64,000 nt of DNA, from assembly GCA_964106915.2 (NCBI GenBank), contig OZ066929.1. One strand, written 5' to 3'. The position numbers and the translations under genes are program-made. The first letter of the stretch is position 1, and each line of letters opens with the position of its first letter. The notes under the pieces are model-generated. The model saw nothing but the letters and a program-made list of their open reading frames with translations, ran no database searches and was not told where the DNA came from. This DNA comes from Podarcis gaigeae. Taxonomy: Eukaryota. This document shows positions 1 to 12,916 of this stretch, in pieces.

Positions 1-19
1 TTTCTGGATTCCCCCTCAG

Positions 20-2389
<2,370 letters not shown>

Positions 2390-4134
2390 GTGGGCAGTTC
2401 CTGCCTGCTGAGCTGCAGAGTGAGTGCCATGTTGCTGCAACTGCAGGGGAGAAAGGCACTAGCCACAGACTGCTCTGCTCCAAAGCATGGCAAGCTGGAC
2501 TAGAGAAACCCTGATCAAGGTGTAACTGGATTTGTATTCTCACAGGGGAACAGTCCCCACATATACAAGGTGGGCTCCAGAGGTCTGTTTCAGAACCTTT
2601 TGCCTTCAGCTCAGCTGAAGGAGTCAGAACATAGCTGGTTAATCAAAGAGCCAAGTTAAGCATCTCAAGAGCAAGTGAGAGAGACAGCTCAATACCTTTT
2701 GGTGCCTGCTTTGAAGAAACCCAGTGATCCCCCAAGGAGGAGAACTTCCTTTTTTCTAGACTGCATGGTCCATGGATCAGCTCAGTCATTCTCCCTGCTA
2801 ACTGTCCTTGATGGCACTCTCAATCTGTTCAACCAACTCACCTTGCCTCTGGGCTGCCTCTAGGAAACATGCCAGTTAATTGATGCTTAAACTTCAAAGG
2901 CCCATTGCTTCCCTCTCTGCCTTTTAGTCTTCTTCACCAGGAAGTTTAAAGGCTAGATTTCATACAGCTTCCTGACACATTGCTACAGTCGTCCTGCATT
3001 TGCCAATGCCATGGGGCCACATTAAAAAGGGGGGAAGATTAAAGGCTGAAACTGTCCTACCGATGTCTTTGAAAATGCTTTCCCATGACATCCCTTTGGT
3101 CTGCCGCAAATGCACTTTAGAGGTTGCACCAGAGCATTATGTTTAATCCGTTTTAAGGCACACTTTGCCAACATTGTGCCTTCAAGATTACTTGGTCTAA
3201 AACACCACAGCCAACTCAGCTCTTTTATGCCAGTGTTGATGGGAGTACAGACATACTGGTCAGGACTGATGGCACTAGTTTGGGGAAGGCTGGTTATGGG
3301 TTGCTCTTAAGCAGGGGTGGAGAAGCTGTAGCCTTCCAGGTGTTTCCAAACCATAGCTCCCATCTTCTCCAGCCATTGGCCAAGCTTGCTGAGGCTGGTG
3401 GAAGCTGTAGTTCAGTAGCAACGGCAGCCCCATGGACTCCCCGTGCCTATTCTTAAGTGTTCTATCCTCCTTAGTCTGAAGCTTCCCTCTCTACCACTTC
3501 CTTGAGCACCTAAAAAGTGAGTTTTAGAAAGATTAAGAATTGACAGTCCCTACCTGCAGGCTGAAAAGAACACAAGGAAATGAGCCTAGAAATGGAAGAG
3601 GACCATTGAAGCAGTGGTTCCATCCATCCATCCAAGGAGCTTCAAGCAGCAAACATGAAGTTATCCAGATTTATTTTCCTCCTTTGTTTAGTAGACACCC
3701 AAAAAGTTTACCCAAGGTGGCTGAATTGTCCAGTTGTTTTCATACTAGCTTTGCTTCCCATGCTTTTGTAACATGTTCGATCAAGGGCTTTTCAAAATTT
3801 TGTATGTACCTAATTCTGCAGCCTCTAGGCAGTGTAGAAGGAGTAAACAAATATTCCTGTTGCAATTAAAGACTATTGTGATGCAGCCACGGTGCAACCT
3901 GATGCAGTAGCAGAATGGGAAATCCATTTTTATTCATCCTTCGGAAATACAGAGTTATTGCCAGCCTCCCGAGCTACCAAAGAGTATCCACCACATGGTC
4001 CTTCCAGGTGGTGAGGGATCTCACAGGGAGCAAATCCCACTGCTGGAAATGTCTGCTTTCTACTTGCAGTTCTTGTACTTGTGCTCGAGGTGGGAAGAAG
4101 TCACTGAATGCACCACCATCCATTCATGCTATAC

Positions 4135-4357
4135 TTGGGTTGCTGATCCAAAGATCGGTGGTTCGAATCCCCATCACAGGGTGAACTCCCATTGCTCTGT
4201 CCCAGTTCCTGCCAACCTAGTAGTTCGAAAGCAGACCATAGATAAATAGGTACCACTGTGGTGGGAAGATGAGATAAGTGTCATACACTATAGTCCCGTT
4301 TGACTGGACTTAACCATCCAGGGGTCCTTTACTTTTCCCCTTTCCCCTTTTACCTTA
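4135..4357 (+). mobile_element. Sauria SINE, degraded copy with internal deletion
   Basis: Shares ggttcgaatcccc...cctgccaacctag...gataaataggtacc and the ggggtcctttac tail with the full copies at 6122, 26558 and 31456. Confidence 0.8.
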
Positions 4358-4709
4358 CATGTTGTTGGATTTTGTTGTTATTGTTTTGGCGGCTAATTTT
4401 TTTTATGACAAATGTTATATTATGTAAACCATTGTGCTTGTAAGCTATTTCAAGCTCCCCTGCCCCTCTTGCTGGACCAAAACGCATGAAATAAACGAAG
4501 TTTAAGAATTGTCATGGTTTTGTGTCATGGTGAAAACTTTCTAAAAGATAGAACAGGGCAAAGTTTAAAATTTAAATCAAGGAGTAGCATCAAGTCTTAG
4601 TCACATTAGAGCAGGATTCAAAAGACATGGCTAACTTTGGCGCATTAAATTTCTTTGGGCTTACTCTTGCAAGTTAATTGGGAGTAAAAAAACAAAACAA
4701 AGCGACACC

Positions 4710-5200
4710 CACAGGGGATCTCGCGTTAATTCCATGTCGTTATTATTAACTCGAGCTTCCCCGCATTTAAAGCCGCTTCGGGTGCCCATTTTAGATGAAA
4801 AACGGGCGTGTCGGTAAACAGCAAAACTCTGAGGGTTAGGACTACATGCCCCATCATGCACTACGCTCGCCCCCCCCTCCCCGCTCCACGGACGCTGCCG
4901 AGGGCACAGAATTGGTTCTGCCGCTGGGGCTGGGCGTAGCCTGGTCTGCGGCACGAGGCCTTGGCGGGGGCGTGGTCGGGAGGGGCGTATCGTGATTGGC
5001 CCGCGCGATTTGGGCGGGAAGGCTGGGCCTCGCTGTGAGGATAAAAAAGGGCGACGGCGAGAGCAGCCGTTGCAGGATGAAGCCGAGAGGCGGTGGCATG
5101 GAGGAGAGCTGGCAGGCGGGGGACGGGAGCGGCGCGGGGGGCTTCATGGTGAGCGTTGGTGTCTCTGGGCATGAGCAGAGTTCCTCCTGACGCTCCCTCT
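4710..5200 (+). promoter_or_regulatory. FKBP6 CpG-island promoter
   Basis: CpG-dense stretch containing a ZNF143/THAP11-like ACTACAnnyCCCAnnATGCA (4841-4860), an inverted CCAAT (4995-4999), an E2F-type GGCGGGAA (5013-5020) and GC boxes, directly before the first coding exon. Confidence 0.75.
5077..5148 (+). CDS. FKBP6: FKBP6 exon 1 (start may be ATG 5077 or 5098)
   Basis: [24 protein letters not shown]|gtgagc; phase 0 matches exon 2; lies in the CpG island. Confidence 0.7.
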
Positions 5201-8200
5201 ACCCGAGAGGAGAACAACAAAGGGATGGAACCCCTTTCCTTCAGCTTCTGCCTTCCCCCTTCGAAGATAGAGCCCAACTGATTGCTGTGTCTGAGCATGC
5301 GAGGAGTACATTTTCCCCTCAAAAAGAAAAGAGAGAGAAAGAAAGGGAAATTCCTCTTTTACTGCCTCAACCAACCTTAGCAGCTCAGGGCAACCTGAGG
5401 GGAGGGACCTGCTGAAATGAAACAACAGCAATAGGTGATACCTGCATTGCGGGGGGTTGGACTCAATGACCTTTGGTAGTTCCCTTTCAAGTGTAGGATT
5501 CAATGAAAAGCACAGCTTTGCTGTGAAAGAGAGGACTAGTAAGAAGCAAAACAAACCAATGCAGCAAAATATCAGTACCCTAAGGACTGCCAAAGCCAGT
5601 GCAAATCAAGGTGTTCCTTAAAAAAAAAGAGGGGGGAAGCTTATGCTACTGTTCAAGTTGAATTATGAACAATAAATATATCGTAAGGCAGGTCTCTTAA
5701 TATATAGTGTGCTGTATATATAGGTTTGCCTTTGGCAGTTTTGGCTAAATTTGAATTTATCTAAGAGTCCAAAACAGCCAAAGCTAGTTTACATAATATT
5801 TGCAAGTCTGTGCATTCACCATAAAGGAAATGATCTACAGCCTTCCGTCTCCAATTTCTTGGATCGGAGGTATAATAACATTCTGTGACACAAGTGAGGC
5901 CAAGGATGTCTCCCATGGGCTGTCACTTATATGAGCACTGTGAGCACTTGCTCACATTCTCTAGTTTCTGCCAGACTCATATTTGCAGGCATATATGTAA
6001 TGGCCTCTGGCAACTGAGGAAAACAATGGGCAAGTTCCAAAATCATAGGGAGATTTATGGGTGCTTCTGTTTTACTTTTAACGTTTTTATAGCTAATTGT
6101 AGAGGGGTAGTGCATGATTTAGGGACGCGGGTGGCGCTGTGGGTTAAACTACAGAGCCTAGAACTTGCCAATCGGAAGGTTGGTGGTTCGAATCCCCGCT
6201 ACAGGATGAGCTCCCGTTGTTCGGTTCCTGCTCCTGCCAACCTAGCAGTTCGAAAGCACGTCAAAGTGCAAGTAGATAAATAGGTACCGCTCCGGCGGGA
6301 AGGGAAACGGCGTTTCCGTGCGCTGCTCTGGTTCGCCAGAAGCGGCTTAGTCCTGCTGGCCACATGACCCGGAAGCTGTACGCCGGCTCCCTCGGCCAAT
6401 AAAGCGAGATGAGCACCGCAACCCCAGAGTCGGCCACGACTGGACCTAATGGTCAGGGGTCCCTTTACCTTTACCTTAGTGCATGATTTACACTGTGAGG
6501 GTGTATTATTTTTCTGTTTTTTTATATATCAGTCCATCAAATATGTCAGAATGCTCCATTGTTTATTCTAGGCTGTGGCTTTAAGCAATAGTTTCATTCA
6601 TTAGGAAGTTGCCTTGTACTGAGTCAGAGTACTGCCAAGTGTTATCTAGGCTGGCTGATACTAGCTCTCCAGGGTTTCAGACTCGGAGGTCACTCCCCAA
6701 CCCTGTCTGGAAGATCCTGTTGGGGATTGAACCTGGGAACTTCTACAGTGGTACCTCAGGTTAAGTACTTAATTCGTTCCGGAGGTCTGTACTTAACCTG
6801 AAACTGTTCTCAACCTGAAGCACCACTTTAGCTAATGGGGCCTCCTGCTGCTGCCGCGCTGCCAGAGCACGATTTCTGTTCTCATCCTGAAGCAAAGTTC
6901 TTAACCCGAGGTACTATTTCTGGGTTAGCGGAGTCTGTAACCTGAAGCGTATGTAACCCGAGGTACCACTGTACAAGCAAAGCAGGTCCTCTGCCACTGA
7001 GCTTTGACCCGATTTAAAAAGACATTTGAAGAAATCCATATTAATAATACAACATTAATGCTAATAATACAACAGAAGCCTGTCTTGGCATTAAGCAGTC
7101 CATAAATAACATTTTGCTTTGCCATACCCTTGTTTCCAAAGTCTCCTTACCACCGGCTGGGTCAACGGATGCAGGATGTTACTGGAGACCATGGAGTGTT
7201 GAAAGAGATAATCCGTGCCGGCTCTGGTGAAACGGTGCCTCCTGATGCATCCATATTAGGTAAAAGAACCTTGTGCTGACAAGTCTATGGTTGTGGTGTT
7301 AAGCAGGCTTACCAAGGCATTGGGTAAGTCCCTCTAAATGCATAGTATTGCATTGAATAGCCACTTTCCCCTTTCCTGCTGTGGCCTGGATGTTAATCCC
7401 TCCTCTTGCCAAAAGCTGCCTTGTGGGACCAATAGGAGCTGGGGTGTGAGAATGTGGATCAGGACCATGTTGATGAAGGGGAAAGGATGAGCACTCTGCA
7501 CCACAGTTCTGTTGTTTAAATGAGAAAAAAACTAGACATGTTCATGCCTAGTTTGGTCTTTGCGCAAATTAAAGTGGATTTTGTTCTTTTAACAAGTTAA
7601 CTTGTCTTTTCAGTTGACATTGGCACCATCAAGTTTGACATTTGAATAGTGGTTTATGCCACAAGTTATTGATTTCCATTAGCTCCCTTTATAACCCCCC
7701 AATAAGCACTTTAATGTGTGATTTAATATGGACTATGTGGAAGGATTCCCTGTGCACTTTCCCTCACAAGCTAATTCTAGCAATGTTGAGGGTGGCTTTC
7801 TGAATCTGAATGTTAACATTTAAATAAGAGTGGTATTAGTACTTTAGCCAAGAATGGATTAAGTATTTAGCCAATGACCTAAAATCTCCATGGATGTACA
7901 CTGTAGATTTTGTTTGTGGTTTCCATTTACCGTAATAAGCAACCCCAAACTCCAAGTTTGAAGCTGTTTTGTGCTTTTTAGCATCCAAGAGTATGGTGGA
8001 AGTGAGCAGGTACTCTTTTGTCATACAGGTCCTTTAGACTTTAATGTAATATTCCCCAACTTGCTGCCCTTCGGGTGTTATGGACTACCATTCCTATCAG
8101 TCCCATGGGACCCAGGCAGCAGGTTGGGAAAGACTGTTTTGCTGTGAGTAGCTTCTAAGGCTACTGGGGAGCCCTTAGGTTTTTGCCTTCAGATTTTTAA

Positions 8201-8406
8201 ATGAATGCAGGAAAATGTAGTTTGATGACTATTACAGAACCTGAAAAAGCTTGAGCAAATGCTACACCATTTTGCAATTTTTCCGTAATGGATGAAATTT
8301 ATGTGCTCTCGGCAATTTCCTGGGACAATACAGCATGGTTTATTGGAAACAAGGATTGCTAGTAGTTGTCTAGATTCAGGTAGGTAGCCGTGTTGGTCTG
8401 ATGCAG

Positions 8407-8458
<52 letters not shown>

Positions 8459-10125
8459 CAAAAATGGTCCAGTAGCACCTTAGAGACCAACTAAGTTTGT
8501 TCTTGGTATAAGCTTTCGTGTGCATTCACAGTTCTTCAGATGCACACATAGTAGTTGTCTGTTATGGATAAAAATAGAAACTATGTTCAACCTTCCTAAC
8601 TGAAACTGATTTACTCTCCTCTAACTTTTAATTTTCTCAGTGAAATTTTCAGGTTACTTGGAACACATGGACAGACCCTTTGACACAAACTGCTACAGAA
8701 GGAATCATAGACTCATGAAACTTGGTGAAGGTAAGCCCAGAATGACCATGTGTTCCTATGAGATAATAAAATAGTGTGCGTGCACTAGCACTTAAATATA
8801 AAAACTGGACTTGTTAGGTGCATTCATGCCTAGTTTCTATGATAGTAAGCAAACTATTTGGGATCCTTTAAGAGGGAGGCCAGGATAGCTCTCCAGATTT
8901 CATGCATCCAAAGATTTGATTTTTCTGGGGGCCTGAGTTGGGGCCAAATTGTCCTGGGTCAGGCCCAATCTGAATCGTACCTTGGATCAAGGATGATGTC
9001 TTCCGCTATGACTTAGTACTGCAGTACATACATTTGAGAAATAAACCTTGCTCTTTTTTGCATTCCCAGACATCACTCTTGGAGGAATGGAGATTGGTCT
9101 GCTGACAATGAAGAAAGGAGAACTGGCAAGATTTTTGTTCAAGCCAAGTTACGCTTTTGGAGCTGCGGGCTGCCCTCCTTTGATCCCTCCCAATGCCACA
9201 GTCTTGTTTGAGATTGAGCTTCTGGACTTTCTGGACTCAGCAGAATCTGACCAGTTCTTTAATCTGACTCCTGTAAGTTTTCTAGTTTTTCTTTATTTTT
9301 ATTAAGAGATTTCTGTACCACCCTTCACCAAAGATGGTTACCAAGCAGTTTTTAAAAGATACTATAAAGCACCATACAACTCACTGGAGATTAGAAAGAC
9401 AAAGGCCAGAATGGGGAGTGAGCTAGAAGCTAGGCTCCAAGCTGGGAGATGGAGCTATGCCTGATTACTATTTGAATCAAAGGCTGTGACTGAGAGAAGC
9501 AAAACTTCAAGGGTGTTATTGCTGTGAACCCCTCCATTGTAGGCTCAGATTGTATATATGTATAAATAAACCATATATCATACAGACACCACATTCTCAG
9601 CTGTCCTTCATTCTGGAGAAACCTGGAATACCTGGAATATTGCAGAACTCAGAGATTGGGACGGTGTGCAACATTGGGGTGGCATGCAGCAATACTAACC
9701 CCCATGACCAGATTTTGGCTTCTCTTCACAGGAGCAACAGGCCCAGTTTCCACTGCAGAAAATGCTGAAGGTGGCTGAAACTGAGCGGGAATTTGGCAAT
9801 TACCTCTTCCGACAGAAGCACTTCATGGATGCCAGAGAAAGATACAAACGGGTAAGTAAAGCAAATGAGAAGGGTGGGGGCAAGTGAGTCACAAGTAATG
9901 CAAAGGGGAAATTTATGGTAATTTGGGCCTTTTGCAATTATTTTCCATTCCCCATCATGCTAGTATTTGTACCTTGGTAGTCCTTTCTGGTCAAGCAAAG
10001 GGCAGGGCTGGTCTCCAGAAGTCAGAGAACTTCTTTAGGTCAGCCTTCAGCAGTCTGGTACCCTCCAGAGCTTTTGGGCTACAGCTCCCATCAGCCCTGG
10101 CCAGCACACTTAACTTTGCATATTA

Positions 10126-10169
<44 letters not shown>

Positions 10170-12916
10170 CCCTCCTTCACCCTGCTTCCTTTGTTAGCTG
10201 GCCAAGACAGAGTGTGCTGAATGGGCTGGTGGGAGTTGTAGCTCAAAACATCTGGAGGACTGCCAGATTGATGAAGGCTGCTGTAATGTGTTGCCCCCAA
10301 AATGTGAGATGGGAATTGATCACCTCCTGGAATTATTTTGAAATGTAAAATGAGAAAGGAGTGGGTGATCTGATGGAAGAGAATGTTTAGTTGAACAGTT
10401 TAAAAGCACTATATTGTCACTTAACCACCTTAATTGTTCATTGTAATCTTATTTCATGCTTTCCCATTAGAGTTGCTTTAGATTCCTAAAGCGAAAAAAT
10501 ACAGTTTTGCCCTTTCCCCCCCCTCAAAATACAGTTTTGCCCTTTCCCCCCCCCTCAAAATCTACAATGTAAATATGTAACTGGCCCTCAAATGAGAGAA
10601 TATTTTTGCTTGATAGTGTTTTTCTTACGTGGAAATGTTTGTCTCCTAAGTCAATATCCACACAGCCCAATGTGTACAACAATCAATATAAGTTTTGTGT
10701 AAGACTATAAAATGACAGCACTTGTTTGTGATCCCTGATTAGGCCTCTTCGCTGCTACACCGTGTGAATGCTGAAGAAGCTGAGCAAGTCAAAGTTGATG
10801 CTGCCAAGATTCTGGTCTTCCTGAACTTGTCTTTTACTTACCTGAAACTGGAGCAGCCAGCTCGGGCCCTTGCCTACGGAGAGAAGGCCTTGAAGCTGGA
10901 TGAGAAGAATGCCAAAGCACTCTTCAGGTGTGCTCAGGTGAGGAGGAGAAGGAGCAGCTGTGGACTTAGTCTTCCAGGTTTCAAATGCCTGATGGGGGGG
11001 GGGGGGCAATAAAAATAATGGATGAGAGCACCTCAACCTGGAAGAAACCCTGGAGGCCACTTAGTCTAATGTAGGAGATGCAGGTGGCCATCTAGCCTTT
11101 GCAAGCACTTTCTGCGGCAAAATCTTTTCCACTTTCAAACACCTCTGCAACTCCTTCCCTTGAACGTTTTGTTTATCATTGCCAGGCTGAGCACAGTATC
11201 CCTTGCAGGATAAGACTGCGGCACACCTCCCACTCAAAACTCTACTTGATCTCCCTTCTACTTGCATCATTCAATCTATGGGATGGCAGCCAGGATTTTT
11301 TTAGGGTGGTTGATTCAACAGTTTTTAAGTTTCCAGGTGCACATCTGACCATGTGCAGCTTTTCCTTTCCTGGGCTTTCTGTACATTGCTAGTACTGGTG
11401 AGTTTTCTCCTTGCTAGTTGTTAACTTTGTGGCCATGCTGGGATTTCCACACCCCCCCCCCCGAAGAACAGCATACAGTTTAAAAAATAATAATGATTCT
11501 TTTGTCTACTAGGCATGTTTCTCTCTGGCAGAGTATGAGAGAGCTCGGGATTTTTTGGTGAAAGCTCAGAAACAGCAGCCCTTCAACCATTGCATTAACA
11601 ATGAATTGAAAAAGCTGGCCAGGTGAGGGAGCTATTTCTTTACTGAAGTAGGATAATCGGTTCGCTGTGAACTGCTTTCTCTGTATATAATTGTCCAGAT
11701 TAATTCCTTGTGGTGTTGAAGCCTTTGTACTCTTATAATGTTTAAACTGTCTAGCAGATGGAGTAAGTGGGAGCACAAGAAGCTTTTAGGGGTATTGAAT
11801 CCCAAACTCTGTAAACTGGTCAATGTCCTTGCAGTGGGGCAAGCCTCAGGTGCATGGGTACCACCCCCTTTTCACTTTTGGGAGCATCCTCAGGAGTTCT
11901 GTTTAATCCAGAAAAAAAACCCTGTGTGGTTATCAAAACCATGGCAGTGCTATATGTAGAGTGTGAGAGAATAGAGTTCTCCTTCCATGACAGTACTGGG
12001 AAGGGATAACAAGGCAATTCCCTGGCTCTCCTTGAATGAATGCCTTACAGAGGCAACTAGCCTTTGTGGTTTTGCCTTACCTGTCCTTTGACAGGCAGCC
12101 TTTCCCTGTTCTGTTAGGAGAAGCTTGGGCCATGTTAATCCTTCACTTAAGATGGCTTCTTCATCGGCAAAAGACTGGCAAAACCTCTGCCTGCCGAGGC
12201 CACCGGACCCTCTGCTCCCTCATTTGTGTGCTTCCTTTCTCTGGGCTGGGAAGTGCACAGGCCATGAGGGGGAATTCCTTGGTCCTCAAAAGCTGCCCCC
12301 CTGAAACATGTTTGGAATTAGATCGCCAGCGGAGCTGTGAGCCTTGCTTGTCCTGAACACATGGATTTTTGGCAGTGTTTTAGTAAGAGCAGCTCTGGCT
12401 TCCATACTTGGCAGGTGTTCTGCATAGGTATAAACACTATTAAAATGTATTGTGGAATTTCATGCATAAAGCAAGATCTCTCAGCTGCTGAGCTGTTCTG
12501 TTCATGAATAACTATAACTTAAGTTTAATCATATTGGCCATGTTCTACAGTTGAGACTAAATCCTGGGTTTGACTTTTGTTTGGTGAAGCCTTTGTTTCA
12601 GACATCACCAAAGCTGTGTACACAGTGAGCTATGCTGAAGGAGATGGGGGTTTTGAGCATTGAAATAAGGGCAAAAGGTGGCCAGATGCAGCTGCTGTGC
12701 CTGTGCTGGAACAGTTTGCCTCCTATTTCTGAGGAAGCACTTGAGTTCTGGGCAGGCTTAATTTGTTGATTTTTAAACTCGGCTGGTGGACACCCTGTGA
12801 TCCTACAGTTTGCCCTGTTTTGCAGCTGTTACAGAAATTACATGCTGAAGGAGAAGGAAATGTGCTGCAGGATGTTTGGCCCCCTCAACTCTCCTTCAGC
12901 AGGAGAAAACCTGAAG
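5077..12916 (+). CDS. FKBP6: FKBP6 (FKBP36; FKBP-type domain + TPR co-chaperone, piRNA pathway/meiosis); C-terminus unresolved
   Basis: Exons 5077-5148, 7142-7259, 8641-8730, 9070-9272, 9732-9851, 10743-10937, 11513-11622 and 12826-12916 splice in frame. Motifs [52 protein letters not shown] and NNELKKLA match FKBP6. Confidence 0.95.
6122..6476 (+). mobile_element. Full-length Sauria SINE (Squam1-type) with 14-bp TSD
   Basis: gggacgcgggtggcgctgtgg head, B-box ggttcgaatcc and (ACCTTT)n tail; flanked by tagtgcatgattta at 6108-6121 and 6477-6490. Confidence 0.92.
6604..7003 (-). mobile_element. tRNA-derived SINE interrupted by a MITE
   Basis: ggaagttgccttgtactgagtcag...ggggattgaacctggga [insert] ...ctctgccactgagct; related copies near 29498, 31005, 32555 and 62835. 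Confidence 0.65.
6746..6971. mobile_element. Tc1/mariner-type (pogo/Tigger-like) MITE
   Basis: 18-bp TIRs cagtggtacctcaggtta / taacccgaggtaccactg (17/18 match) flanked by a TA duplication. Confidence 0.88.
7142..7259 (+). CDS. FKBP6: FKBP6 exon 2 (118 bp)
   Basis: tttccaaag|[39 protein letters not shown]|gtaaaa. Confidence 0.9.
8372..8548 (-). mobile_element. Penelope-like element fragment with internal (TA)n and a hammerhead-like motif
   Basis: caggtaggtagccgtgttggtctg...ccagtagcaccttagagaccaac...gctttcgtgtgcattcacagttcttcag; 12-bp TSD tagtagttgtct (8360-8371 / 8549-8560); related copy at 36638. Confidence 0.7.
8410..8452. repeat. (TA)n microsatellite
   Basis: Direct reading. Confidence 0.95.
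8641..8730 (+). CDS. FKBP6: FKBP6 exon 3 (90 bp)
   Basis: ttttctcag|[29 protein letters not shown]|gtaagc. Confidence 0.92.
9070..9272 (+). CDS. FKBP6: FKBP6 exon 4 (203 bp)
   Basis: cattcccag|[12 protein letters not shown]...QFFNLTP|gtaagt. Confidence 0.93.
9732..9851 (+). CDS. FKBP6: FKBP6 exon 5 (120 bp)
   Basis: cttcacag|[40 protein letters not shown]|gtaagt. Confidence 0.93.
10041..10280. mobile_element. Palindromic non-autonomous DNA element (MITE) containing a (TTAC)n microsatellite
   Basis: Long imperfect inverted arms cagccttc...gctacagctcccatcagccc / gggctggtgggagttgtagctc...gaaggctg; other family members near 797, 3313, 8053, 13250, 30410, 34970, 43893, 63075 and 63320. Confidence 0.75.
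10126..10168. repeat. (TTAC)n microsatellite
   Basis: Direct reading. Confidence 0.95.
10496..10561. repeat. About 30-bp tandem duplication
   Basis: aaaatacagttttgccctttccccccc(c)tc occurs twice in tandem. Confidence 0.9.
10743..10937 (+). CDS. FKBP6: FKBP6 exon 6 (195 bp, TPR)
   Basis: ctgattag|[10 protein letters not shown]...[10 protein letters not shown]...[10 protein letters not shown]|gtgagg. Confidence 0.92.
11513..11622 (+). CDS. FKBP6: FKBP6 exon 7 (110 bp, TPR)
   Basis: gtctactag|[36 protein letters not shown]|gtgagg. Confidence 0.92.
12826..12916 (+). CDS. FKBP6: FKBP6 exon 8 (no in-frame stop before the donor)
   Basis: tgttttgcag|[31 protein letters not shown]|gtaaca. Confidence 0.85.

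Noticed and set aside
5885-6283. ORFs sharing [21 protein letters not shown] (also 3995 and 31332), resembling a gene family
   Set aside because: They are translations of Sauria SINE copies.
10993-11006. Long G/C homopolymers scattered through the window
   Set aside because: Frequent simple runs with no positional pattern, and their lengths are prone to sequencing error.
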